Assembly: GCA_904419725.1 (NCBI GenBank)
Contig: CAJFSP010000004.1
Coordinates: 1,769 to 65,768, forward strand
Direction: 5' to 3'
Origin: Candidatus Heteroclostridium caecigallinarum
GTDB lineage: Bacteria; Bacillota; Clostridia; Christensenellales; CAG-314
Length of the DNA stretch: 64,000 nucleotides
The position numbers were made by a program, and so were the translations under genes. Numbering within the stretch: position 1 is the first letter of the stretch; every line of letters begins with the position of its first letter. This document shows, in pieces, positions 21,593-29,818 of the stretch. The notes under the pieces are model-generated. The model did not search any database. It was not told where the DNA came from and was given only the letters and a program-made list of their open reading frames with translations.

Positions 21593-22732
21593 TCAGGCGG
21601 AAGTCATTTCTTTTATGGCGGTTACCGCCGCCGCCACGTCGTCCGCCGTGTTGAAAAAGCCGAAAGAGAAGCGCACCGTGCCTTGCGGAAAAGTGCCCAG
21701 CGCTTTGTGCGCCAGCGGGGCGCAGTGCAGGCCGCTTCTGACCTTGATGTCGTAGCGGCTGTCGAGAATATACGCCGCTTCGCCGTTGTCGATATTGACG
21801 AAGTCCACCGAGGTCACGGCGCATCTTTCGGGGTTTGCCGTGCCCGCCAGTCTTATGCCGTCCACGCCTTTCAGGGCGTCTTCAAACGCCGCGCGCAGGG
21901 CGTTTTCGTGCCGCCTGATATTGTCGATGCCGCGGGCTTTGAGAAAGGCGAGAGAGGCGTTCAGCGACGCTATGCCCGGCAGATTGAGCGTGCCCGCCTC
22001 GAACTTGTCGGGCAGCACGTCGGGCATAGAGGTCAGGTGCGAAAAACTGCCCGTGCCGCCGTGGATGAGCGGCTTCATGAGCCGCGCCGCGCGTTCGGAC
22101 AGAACCATTCCGCCGATACCTTGCAGCGCCATAAGCCCCTTGTGGCCGGCGAAACACAGCGCGTCGATATTGTCTCTGACGACGTCGATGTCGATGACGC
22201 CGCCGGTCTGGGCGCAGTCCACGATAAACAGCGCGCCGTTTTCACGGCACATTCTGCCGATTTCGCTTATGGGATTCACGCTGCCGCACACATTGGAGGC
22301 GTGGGTCAGCACCACGGCTTTCGGCCGCCGCGAAATTTTTTCTTCGGCGTCGGCGAGATTCATCACGCCGCCGTCGCAGTTTATATAGTCAACGGCGGCG
22401 CCGCTCGCGGCGAGAGAGGAGAGAGGGCGCAGCACGGCGTTGTGTTCCATGACGGAAGTAACCACGCCGTCACCGCTTTTAATAAGCCCGAAAACCGCCG
22501 TATTGATTGCCTGGGTGACGCCGCCCGTGAAAACCACGTTTCTGCCGTCTTTCGCGCCGAAAAACTCAGCGAGAAGTTCCCTTGTGTCAAAGACTGTTTC
22601 TTCGGCGTGGAGAGCGGCGCCGTACGACGCCCTGTTGACATTGAAACAACTTGTTTCTATAAAGTTTTTTACATATTCCGCCACACCCGGCGCTTTTGGA
22701 AAAGAGGTGCTGGCGTTGTCGAGATAAATCAT
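21593..22732 (-). CDS. Cysteine desulfurase / selenocysteine lyase-like class V PLP enzyme
   Basis: IYLDNAST, EHN, DCAQ, AGHK (PLP Lys), RSGLHCAP. Confidence 0.9.
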   Translation of the reverse strand: MIYLDNASTSFPKAPGVAEYVKNFIETSCFNVNRASYGAALHAEETVFDTRELLAEFFGAKDGRNVVFTGGVTQAINTAVFGLIKSGDGVVTSVMEHNAVLRPLSSLAASGAAVDYINCDGGVMNLADAEEKISRRPKAVVLTHASNVCGSVNPISEIGRMCRENGALFIVDCAQTGGVIDIDVVRDNIDALCFAGHKGLMALQGIGGMVLSERAARLMKPLIHGGTGSFSHLTSMPDVLPDKFEAGTLNLPGIASLNASLAFLKARGIDNIRRHENALRAAFEDALKGVDGIRLAGTANPERCAVTSVDFVNIDNGEAAYILDSRYDIKVRSGLHCAPLAHKALGTFPQGTVRFSFGFFNTADDVAAAVTAIKEMTSA

Positions 22733-22797
22733 AATTTCCTTGAAAGGCAAAAACAACGCGGACAAAATTTCGTCCGCGGTGCCTTTGTCACAGTGAT

Positions 22798-23826
22798 TCA
22801 GTAAACGATGATGTTGGCGTCTTTTCTGGGCTGCACTTCGCCCACCACGCAGGAAGGCATTTCCAGGTCGCCGAGAATTTTCATGAGTTCGGCGGCGTCT
22901 TCCTTAGGGACGCTGAGCAGCATGCCGCCCGATGTCTGCGGGTCAAGCAAAATTTCCTGCATAGGGGCGGATACGTTTTCGAAGCGCACCTTGTCCGTCA
23001 GGAATTTGCGGTTCTTCTGGCCGCCGCCCGTGGTAAGAAATTCTTCCGCAAGCCTGTGCGCGCCCGGGATGTATTTCACGGCGCCGCTTTCCACCGCGAT
23101 TGTGTATTCGTCGGTGGTCATTTCGTTCAGGTGACCCAAAAAGCCGAAGCCCGTTACGTCGGTGCCCGCGTGCAGACGGAATTTGCTGGCCGCCTCAAAG
23201 GCGTATTTGTTGAGCGTCTGCATGCTTTTCAGCGCCATCTGATAGTCTTCCTCGGCGACTTCGCCGTATTTATACGCCGCTGTGACCATGCCCACGCCGA
23301 GAGGCTTGGTGAGAATAATCACGTCGCCGATTTTGCAGGTGTTGTTGCGCATGTATTTGTCCGGATGCACGACGCCTGTTACCGAAAGGCCGTATTTAGT
23401 TTCCCTGTCGTTTATGGAGTGGCCGCCGCAGAGCACGCCGCCCGCTTCCTGAACCTTTTCGGCGCCGCCGCGGAGGATTTCCGCCAGCACCGCGGTGTCG
23501 TCTTCTTCAGGGAAGCAAACGATGTTGAGCGCCACTTTGACGCTGCCGCCCATGGCGTAAACGTCGCTGAGGGCGTTTGCCGCCGCGATTTTGCCGAATA
23601 CATACGGGTCTTCCACCATAGGGGTGAAAAAGTCCAGCGTCTGTATGATGGCTATGTCGTCGCTGAGTTTGTAAACGGCTCCGTCGTCCGACGTGTCAAA
23701 ACCCACAAGCAGGTCAGGGTCGTTGAAGACGGGAATTTTTTTGACCACTTCTTTGAGCATTCCCGGGGGCAGTTTTGCCATGCAGCCGCCGCAGGCGGGC
23801 AGTTTCATGATTTTTTTGATGTCCAT
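22798..23826 (-). CDS. selD: Selenophosphate synthetase (Cys form)
   Basis: GGCMAK, DDGAV, DFFTP, ANALSDVYAMGG, GGHS, TDVTGFG, DPQTSGG. Confidence 0.96.
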   Translation of the reverse strand: MDIKKIMKLPACGGCMAKLPPGMLKEVVKKIPVFNDPDLLVGFDTSDDGAVYKLSDDIAIIQTLDFFTPMVEDPYVFGKIAAANALSDVYAMGGSVKVALNIVCFPEEDDTAVLAEILRGGAEKVQEAGGVLCGGHSINDRETKYGLSVTGVVHPDKYMRNNTCKIGDVIILTKPLGVGMVTAAYKYGEVAEEDYQMALKSMQTLNKYAFEAASKFRLHAGTDVTGFGFLGHLNEMTTDEYTIAVESGAVKYIPGAHRLAEEFLTTGGGQKNRKFLTDKVRFENVSAPMQEILLDPQTSGGMLLSVPKEDAAELMKILGDLEMPSCVVGEVQPRKDANIIVY

Positions 23827-23853
23827 ATCTACTCCTTTATATTATCTCCGTGC

Positions 23854-24096
23854 TTATACGTCCAGCGCGGTATAGTCGTCTTTTCCGTTGACCAGAAAGC
23901 AACCTTCCATATCTTCGTGTTCCGCTTCCGCCAGAAAGGCGACGTCTTCCGAGGAAAACTTCACGCATGTGCCGCAAGACGAAGATAGTTTGCGGGGAAC
24001 AGGCATCTGCGCCGATTGTATCCCGCGTTTTTTACAGAATTTGTCAAATTTAAGCGCCCCGTAATGAGTGTAAAAAGTAGCCACGTATTCTTTCAT
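23854..24096 (-). CDS. DUF3343 protein
   Basis: ATFYTHY.A and PVPRKLSSSCG motifs. Confidence 0.85.
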   Translation of the reverse strand: MKEYVATFYTHYGALKFDKFCKKRGIQSAQMPVPRKLSSSCGTCVKFSSEDVAFLAEAEHEDMEGCFLVNGKDDYTALDV

Positions 24097-24097
24097 T

Positions 24098-24313
24098 TCA
24101 GCCTTTGGTAAGTTCCAGAGTATAGTTGTCTTCGTTGTCGCCTATGACGTTCACGGCGTAGCCGTTTGTTTCGGCGTACCGTTTGCAGTTGTTCAGGGCG
24201 TTCTGGCTGCTGAGCAGCAGAGTGATTTTGCCCTCGGTGTCCTGTTTGATTGCCTTTTTAAGCATCAAAAGCGGTTCCGGACAGGAAAGTCCGCGTGCGT
24301 CTACGTTTGTCAT
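24098..24313 (-). CDS. TusA/SirA family sulfur/selenium carrier
   Basis: VDARGLSCPEP motif. Confidence 0.9.
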   Translation of the reverse strand: MTNVDARGLSCPEPLLMLKKAIKQDTEGKITLLLSSQNALNNCKRYAETNGYAVNVIGDNEDNYTLELTKG

Positions 24314-24415
24314 AACATTTCTCCGTGTTCAATCAAAAAATGAGACGCCTTCCGTAAATCGATTATAACACCGCGCGCGGCATTTGTCGACATACGGAGG
24401 GGTCAAAAATGCGAT

Positions 24416-25504
24416 TTACGATACTTTTTTGCGGTTGCAGAACCCTATGACCAGCAGCAGCACTATGCACACGCCGATGGCAATCATGCCGGCGTCGGTC
24501 GCGCCGCCTTCCGCCGTCGCGCTGGCGGCCGCGCTTGCCAGACCCCAGTTGTGCGCCAGCGCCGCGCCCGCTATCATGCCCAGCACGGCGATTGTCGAGT
24601 CGCTGTTGCCGCTGCCCGACAGCACCAGCTGTCTGAACGGACATCCGCCGAGGAACACCGAACCGAGTCCCACGACAGCCATGCCCAAAAAGTTCCACAA
24701 AAAGTCGGAGTGGGCGACAGGCTGGTCGTTAAAGCTGAAATGCAGTTTGCCGGCAAAGGCGTTGCATATGATGGTGGTGAGTATCACGGCGACAAACATG
24801 TAAACCATGTGGAACTGCCTGAACATCATGCCGTCGCGGATGCCGCCCACAAAGCAGGCTCTGGTGCGCTGGCCGATGGCGCCAACGATAAGGCCGCCGA
24901 TGAGAGCGGCGTAGATAGGGGCTCTCATTGAAGCGGGACCCGTTTCGCTGAATACCAGCAGGCTAGGCACGCCGATGAGTATAATCAGCAAAAACGCCGA
25001 TGAAGCCGGAGCAACCGCCGCTTCGAGTTTAGGCAGGTCGTAAGAACGGCGGAGCGTGAAACCGAGGTTGAGAAACACGACGCCCACGGCGATGCCGCCG
25101 ATAAAGCCAAGCAGGGCGATTATGGCGTTGAGGTCGCCGCCGCCGATGCGCAGAACCATTCTGAGCGGGCAGCCGAGGAACACCAGCGCGCCAATCATGA
25201 CTATCATGCCCAGCAGAAATCTGGTGACCGGAGCCGAGCCGCCGGTAGGCTTGAAGTCTTTTCTGAGAAGAGAAATGGCAAACGCGCCCAGCACGATGCC
25301 GATGATTTCAGGTCTGGCGTACTGAACGACGGCCGCCGAGTGGAGCTTCAGGGCACCTGCCGTGTCGCGCAGGAAGCAGGCTATGCAGAAGCCCATGTTT
25401 GCAGGGTTGCCCATGAGCGTGAGCACAAACGCCACCACGCCGATGACAATGCCGGCGCCGATATACATCCAATTATTTTTGAAGAAGTTTTTTACTTTGT
25501 TCAC
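24416..25504 (-). CDS. yedE: YedE family putative selenium/sulfur transporter
   Basis: GNPANMGFCIACFLRD, GCPLR, CFVGG, GGCPFR; GTG start 8 nt after AGGAGA. Confidence 0.9.
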   Translation of the reverse strand: MNKVKNFFKNNWMYIGAGIVIGVVAFVLTLMGNPANMGFCIACFLRDTAGALKLHSAAVVQYARPEIIGIVLGAFAISLLRKDFKPTGGSAPVTRFLLGMIVMIGALVFLGCPLRMVLRIGGGDLNAIIALLGFIGGIAVGVVFLNLGFTLRRSYDLPKLEAAVAPASSAFLLIILIGVPSLLVFSETGPASMRAPIYAALIGGLIVGAIGQRTRACFVGGIRDGMMFRQFHMVYMFVAVILTTIICNAFAGKLHFSFNDQPVAHSDFLWNFLGMAVVGLGSVFLGGCPFRQLVLSGSGNSDSTIAVLGMIAGAALAHNWGLASAAASATAEGGATDAGMIAIGVCIVLLLVIGFCNRKKVS

Positions 25505-25554
25505 AGTACATATCTCCTGTTTTTTCTTTGGATACGCTTTCGCGCGGAACGGCA

Positions 25555-25835
25555 AAAAAAAGACCCGTGAAAAAAATTCATAGGTTCCTCAGGCGATATG
25601 TTGCCGCGCGAAAAGCACGGCGCCAAGTATGTATAAGCCGACTGATGGCATACGTCGCCCAAAGGAACAACATCGCCGCTTAGGAGCCGCGCGTACGCGC
25701 AACGGCGACGGACATATTTGCCGTCAGACGAGGACACACGAAAAAAATATAGGAGCGCACAAGCCGAAACTTGTTATTTTGTCCGTATGTCGGTATCTCT
25801 TTGTTTATTATATCGCAATCATATTTTTTTTGCAA
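25555..25835 (-). promoter_or_regulatory. Promoter and long structured 5' leader of the yedE-selD operon (candidate attenuator)
   Basis: TTGCAA-17-TATAAT (25835-25807); several hairpins and a terminator-like hairpin plus U-run at 25555-25587. Confidence 0.55.
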
Positions 25836-25843
25836 GACAAAAT

Positions 25844-25872
25844 AAAAAAAGACCGACTTTGAAATCGGTCTT
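25844..25872 (-). terminator. Intrinsic terminator of the tRNA-Sec-like RNA
   Basis: AAGACCGATTTCAAAGTCGGTCTTTTTTT, 2 nt after the CCA end. Confidence 0.85.
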
Positions 25873-25874
25873 AA

Positions 25875-25965
25875 TGGCGGGACCGTGAAGGAATCGAACC
25901 TCCCCGGGCAGCTCCTAACTTCCCATCAGGCAAGCCTGAATACACACCAGCATATATCCGGTCCC
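25875..25965 (-). ncRNA. tRNA-Sec-like RNA lacking an anticodon (CUUG tetraloop replaces the anticodon loop)
   Basis: 8/5 acceptor/T fold, 6-bp D stem with UGGU loop, long variable arm, GGTTCGATTCC, G73-CCA; anticodon arm is TCAGG-CTTG-CCTGA; adjacent to selA. Confidence 0.88.
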
Positions 25966-25978
25966 ACGCCGCCCATAT

Positions 25979-26007
25979 AAGATAACACAAAGGGCGGATT
26001 TTTTCAA
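25979..26007 (-). promoter_or_regulatory. Promoter of the tRNA-Sec-like RNA
   Basis: TTGAAA-17-TATCTT with extended TG, 13 nt upstream of G1. Confidence 0.65.
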
Positions 26008-26047
26008 GTCTTTTGGCAATCGTTTCGGGCGTTCGCGCCGGTAAAAT

Positions 26048-27439
26048 TCAGCCGAACACTTTGCCGACGGCTTTTGCCACTTCTTTGTACTGGCTGTCGA
26101 ATATCGTGCGCGGGTCAAGCAGAAGTTTGTCCTGATGTATTCTGGCGATAACAGGGGTTTCGCATTCGCGCAGACGTTTTTCCGCTTCCGCCGCCGAAAT
26201 CGCGACGGGGGTTATCTGCACGACGAAAGACGGCAGCATTTCGCCCGGGGCGGACCCGCCGCCCACCTGCGACTCGGACGCTTTGACCGCCGCCGTGAAC
26301 TTGTCGGGCATGGAAGGCAGCGCCGCCAGCAGTTTTTTGGCACGCACCCGCAAATCGGTTTTGTCCGCCGCGAGATTGGCAAGGGTAGGTATTTCTTTCA
26401 TTGCTCTGTCGCCGTCGAGGTATATGCGCAGCGTCGCTTCCAGCGCGGCGAGAGTAAGTTTGTCGATACGCACCACCCTTGCGAACTGGTGCTTTTTCAT
26501 CATGTCGATGTATTTTTTCTTGCCCGCCAGTATGCCCGCCTGCGGGCCGCCCAGCAGTTTGTCGCCGCTGAAACACACCACGTCGGCGCCCGCCGCGAGG
26601 GCGTCTTTCGCCGAAGGCTCGTTCTGTATGCCGAGCAGGGCGCCGTCCACCATAAGGCCGCTGCCCACGTCGTAAAGCACCGGCAGACCCGCCGCTTTGC
26701 CTATGGCTACCATTTCTTCTATTTTGACGTCGTCGCAAAAGCCGACGAGTTTGAAGTTGCTGGTGTGCACTTTGAGCAGCGCCGCCGTGTTTTCGTTTAC
26801 GGCGTTTTTATAGTCGCCCGGGTTGGTTTTGTTTGTGGTGCCCACTTCTTTGAGACGCGCGCCGCTCATGCTCATTATTTCAGGCACGCGGAAAGAACCG
26901 CCGATTTCCACAAGTTCGCCGCGCGAAACGATGATTTCCCTGTCTTTGCCGACGGCCGCCAGCATAAGCATGACGGCGGCGGCGTTGTTGTTGACCGCCA
27001 TTGCCGCTTCGGCGCCGGTGAGTTTGCAGATGAGAGACTCGACGTGGTCGTGGCGGCTGCCGCGCCCGCCTTCGTCAAGCGAGTATTCCAGCGTGTTGTA
27101 CTGCATCGCCACCTGTTTGATGTTTTCGGCGACCGACGGCGGAAGAACCGCTCTGCCGAGATTGGTGTGCAGCACCACGCCCGTGGCGTTGATTACCGCG
27201 CGCAGATTGTGTCTGCCCGCTTCCCGGGCAGCCCTGACCGCCATGTCGGCGGCGTATCCGACGGTGACTTCGGCTGTGATTTTGCCGGAAAGCACGTCTT
27301 TTCTTATTGAGTCGAGAACGTTTCTCACGCACTCGGCGAGAGTGGCGTAAGACACGTTTTTGAGTCCGTCGTCATGACGGGCTGCGTTGATTACGTCATC
27401 GACGCGGGGAATATTGCGTAAAATCTCTTGCTTTTCCAT
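26048..27439 (-). CDS. selA: L-seryl-tRNA(Sec) selenium transferase
   Basis: N-terminal LRNIP..D domain, VINATGVVLHTNLGRA, RGELVEIGGSFR, FSGDKLLGGPQAG. Confidence 0.96.
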   Translation of the reverse strand: MEKQEILRNIPRVDDVINAARHDDGLKNVSYATLAECVRNVLDSIRKDVLSGKITAEVTVGYAADMAVRAAREAGRHNLRAVINATGVVLHTNLGRAVLPPSVAENIKQVAMQYNTLEYSLDEGGRGSRHDHVESLICKLTGAEAAMAVNNNAAAVMLMLAAVGKDREIIVSRGELVEIGGSFRVPEIMSMSGARLKEVGTTNKTNPGDYKNAVNENTAALLKVHTSNFKLVGFCDDVKIEEMVAIGKAAGLPVLYDVGSGLMVDGALLGIQNEPSAKDALAAGADVVCFSGDKLLGGPQAGILAGKKKYIDMMKKHQFARVVRIDKLTLAALEATLRIYLDGDRAMKEIPTLANLAADKTDLRVRAKKLLAALPSMPDKFTAAVKASESQVGGGSAPGEMLPSFVVQITPVAISAAEAEKRLRECETPVIARIHQDKLLLDPRTIFDSQYKEVAKAVGKVFG

Positions 27440-27589
27440 AGTCTTCTCCGTATTGTTTTATACTAACTAATATTAACACAATCGAAAGACTATTTCAACG
27501 GTTTTTTCCCTTTGCGCCGCCGCCCGCGGAAATTTGTTATTGACATTATTTTTTCTCCGCCGTACAATTACTTTGATTTGAGGAGTTTT

Positions 27590-28699
27590 ATGATTTATCT
27601 TGACAACGCCGCGACGACGCTTCCCAAACCCAAAGAAGTCGCCGAAGCGGTAACCGACGCCATGAACAACTGCGGCAACCCGGCCAGAGGCTCACACGAC
27701 GCTTCCCTCGCGGGGCTGCGCGTAATGCTGAGGGCGAGAATGGCCATTGCCGACCTGTTTCACGAGCCCGACCCGATGAACGTGGCTTTCACGCTCAACG
27801 CCACCGCCGCCCTCAACACGGCGATAGGAGGAATAAAGGGGCACATAATCATGACGGCGGCGGAGCACAACAGCGTGCTGCGCCCCGTGTTCCGCAGGGG
27901 AAACTACACCGTAGTGCCGCTTGACGGCAAGGGCAGGCTGGATGTCGGCGATATCGCCGCGGCAATGCGCCCCGATACCGAAGCGGTGGTCATGTGCCAC
28001 GCTTCCAACCTGACGGGCAACGTGTTTGACATCGAGGCGGTAAGCGGCCTGTGCGCCCGGAAAGGCGTGAGGTTTATTCTCGACGCGGCGCAGACGGCGG
28101 GACTTATAGACATAGATATGACAAAACTGCGGCTGTCGGCGCTGTGTTTCAGCGGGCACAAGTCGCTTTACGGGCCGCAGGGTACGGGCGGCATCTGTCT
28201 GGGGCAGGGGTTCAGACCCGAACCTCTGGCGGTGGGCGGCAGCGGCAGCGAGTCCTTTTCGCCGACGCACCCGACCGTTATGCCCGACGCTCTCGAAGCG
28301 GGCACGCAGAACGCGCACGGAATAGCGGGACTGCTGGCAGGAGTGGAATATATAAAAAATCTCGGCGGCAAGGCGTTTTCCGTTTCCGACGGGCACGCCG
28401 GAAGGTTTATAAAAGAAATGAAGGGCGTGGAGGGCGTTACCCTTTACGGCGATGTCGACGCCGCTTTGCGCACGCCCGTCGTGGCGCTCAACGTGCGCGG
28501 CAGGGACAGCGGCGATATAGCCGCCCTGCTTTGGGACGACTACGGAATAGCGGTGAGAGCGGGGGCGCACTGCGCGCCGCTGATGCACAAAACGCTGGGT
28601 ACTGAAAAAATCGGGGCGGTCAGGTTTTCTTTTTCGCATTTCAACACCGATGAAGAAGTTGACGCTGCAATCGCCGCCGTGAAAGAATTGGCTAAATAA
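27590..28699 (+). CDS. Second cysteine desulfurase / selenocysteine lyase-like enzyme
   Basis: IYLDNAATT, EHNS, DAAQ, SGHK, RAGAHCAP; TTGACA-17-TACAAT promoter at 27540-27568. Confidence 0.9.
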   Translation: MIYLDNAATTLPKPKEVAEAVTDAMNNCGNPARGSHDASLAGLRVMLRARMAIADLFHEPDPMNVAFTLNATAALNTAIGGIKGHIIMTAAEHNSVLRPVFRRGNYTVVPLDGKGRLDVGDIAAAMRPDTEAVVMCHASNLTGNVFDIEAVSGLCARKGVRFILDAAQTAGLIDIDMTKLRLSALCFSGHKSLYGPQGTGGICLGQGFRPEPLAVGGSGSESFSPTHPTVMPDALEAGTQNAHGIAGLLAGVEYIKNLGGKAFSVSDGHAGRFIKEMKGVEGVTLYGDVDAALRTPVVALNVRGRDSGDIAALLWDDYGIAVRAGAHCAPLMHKTLGTEKIGAVRFSFSHFNTDEEVDAAIAAVKELAK

Positions 28700-28711
28700 A
28701 GGAGGAAGATT

Positions 28712-29323
28712 ATGAAAGTTATCGACGCAATGGGGCTGCTTTGCCCCGTACCGGTAATTATGGCGAGAAACGCCATAAGGGAATTTCCGCAGGAAGGCGG
28801 CGTTGTCCAGGTGCTGGTTGACAATGAAGTCGCCACCGAAAACCTCAAAAAAATGGCGGACAGCAAGGGCTACGGCTATGAAATGGAAAAAGTTGCCGAC
28901 AGGAATTACAAGGTGACCATAACCGTGGGCGAAGGTCAGGCGCAGGAAGAAAAACCGCAGGCGGCGGCTCCGTCGCAGGCAAGGGGCGAGGGTCTTGTGG
29001 TGGCCATCGGGCAGAACCAGATGGGACACGGAAGCGAAGAACTTGGCAAAATACTCATCAAAGGTTTTATCTTTTCGCTTTCGCAACTTGACGTGCCGCC
29101 TAAATCCGTCGTGTTTTTCAATTCCGGCGTGAAACTCACGCTGAAAGACGCCAACACGCTGGACGACCTCAAAGCGCTGGAAGCCAAAGGCTGCAAAATC
29201 AAAGTTTGCGGCACCTGCACCGATTTCTTCAAAGTCAAGGACGACGTGTCCGTCGGCGAAATAGTCAATATGTACGATATCGTCGACACAATGAGCGGCG
29301 CGCAGACGGTAATCAATATCTGA
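28712..29323 (+). CDS. yedF: Selenium metabolism protein YedF (TusA plus DsrE-like domains)
   Basis: IDAMGLLCPVPV, MGHGSEELG, FNSGV, CGTC. Confidence 0.9.
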   Translation: MKVIDAMGLLCPVPVIMARNAIREFPQEGGVVQVLVDNEVATENLKKMADSKGYGYEMEKVADRNYKVTITVGEGQAQEEKPQAAAPSQARGEGLVVAIGQNQMGHGSEELGKILIKGFIFSLSQLDVPPKSVVFFNSGVKLTLKDANTLDDLKALEAKGCKIKVCGTCTDFFKVKDDVSVGEIVNMYDIVDTMSGAQTVINI

Positions 29324-29324
29324 C

Positions 29325-29567
29325 ATGGAAATTTATTTTACTTTTCCGAGCACGTCGGCGGTCATCACGGCGGAACAGGTGCTCATCGCCGCGGGCATGA
29401 AAGTCAAAGTGCGCCCCGTGCCCGGCGCGATAAGGGCGGGCTGCGGCCTGTGCCTTGCCGTTTCGCCGGACAAACAGAAAGAGGCCATGGACATACTTAA
29501 AGAAAAATCGGCGGAGTATTCCGAAATTTATTTTGTGCAGGACGGAACTTACACCAGGATTCAGTAA
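29325..29567 (+). CDS. DUF3343 protein (second)
   Basis: FTFPST and PVPGAIRAGCG motifs. Confidence 0.85.
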   Translation: MEIYFTFPSTSAVITAEQVLIAAGMKVKVRPVPGAIRAGCGLCLAVSPDKQKEAMDILKEKSAEYSEIYFVQDGTYTRIQ

Positions 29568-29818
29568 AAGAAAAAGACGGTTCAGCCGTCTTTTTTCATG
29601 TCATGTCTCATTATCACGTCAATAATATCCCCCAAGGTATTCGGCATGACGTCGGGGCGGCGGCGTCCGCCAATTTATTTTGTGCAGGACGGAACTTACA
29701 CCAGGATTCAGTAAAAGAAAAAGACGGCTCAGCCGTCTTTTTTCATGTCATGTCTCATTATCGCGCCGACGATATTCCCGAACGCTTTCAGCATGTCGTC
29801 CAGGCGGCAGTGTTCGCC
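29525..29818. repeat. 147-bp tandem duplication spanning two convergent gene ends and their terminator
   Basis: 29525-29671 vs 29672-29818; first 91 nt differ at one base, last 56 nt at about 17. Confidence 0.85.

Noticed and set aside
25501-25737. 78-aa ORF in the yedE leader as a leader peptide
   Set aside because: No SD and no recognisable composition; its TGA overlaps the yedE GTG, but the structured RNA explains the region better. Not fully excluded.
25875-25965. Ordinary tRNA-Sec(UCA) or a tRNA reading another codon
   Set aside because: No 7-nt anticodon loop can be formed; the TCA present lies in the perfectly paired stem.
21593-29567. In-frame UGA selenoproteins in the Se locus
   Set aside because: All redox motifs read as Cys codons and the ORFs are full length.
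29525-29818. DGR template/variable repeat pair
   Set aside because: Mismatches are not adenine-specific and no reverse transcriptase is present.
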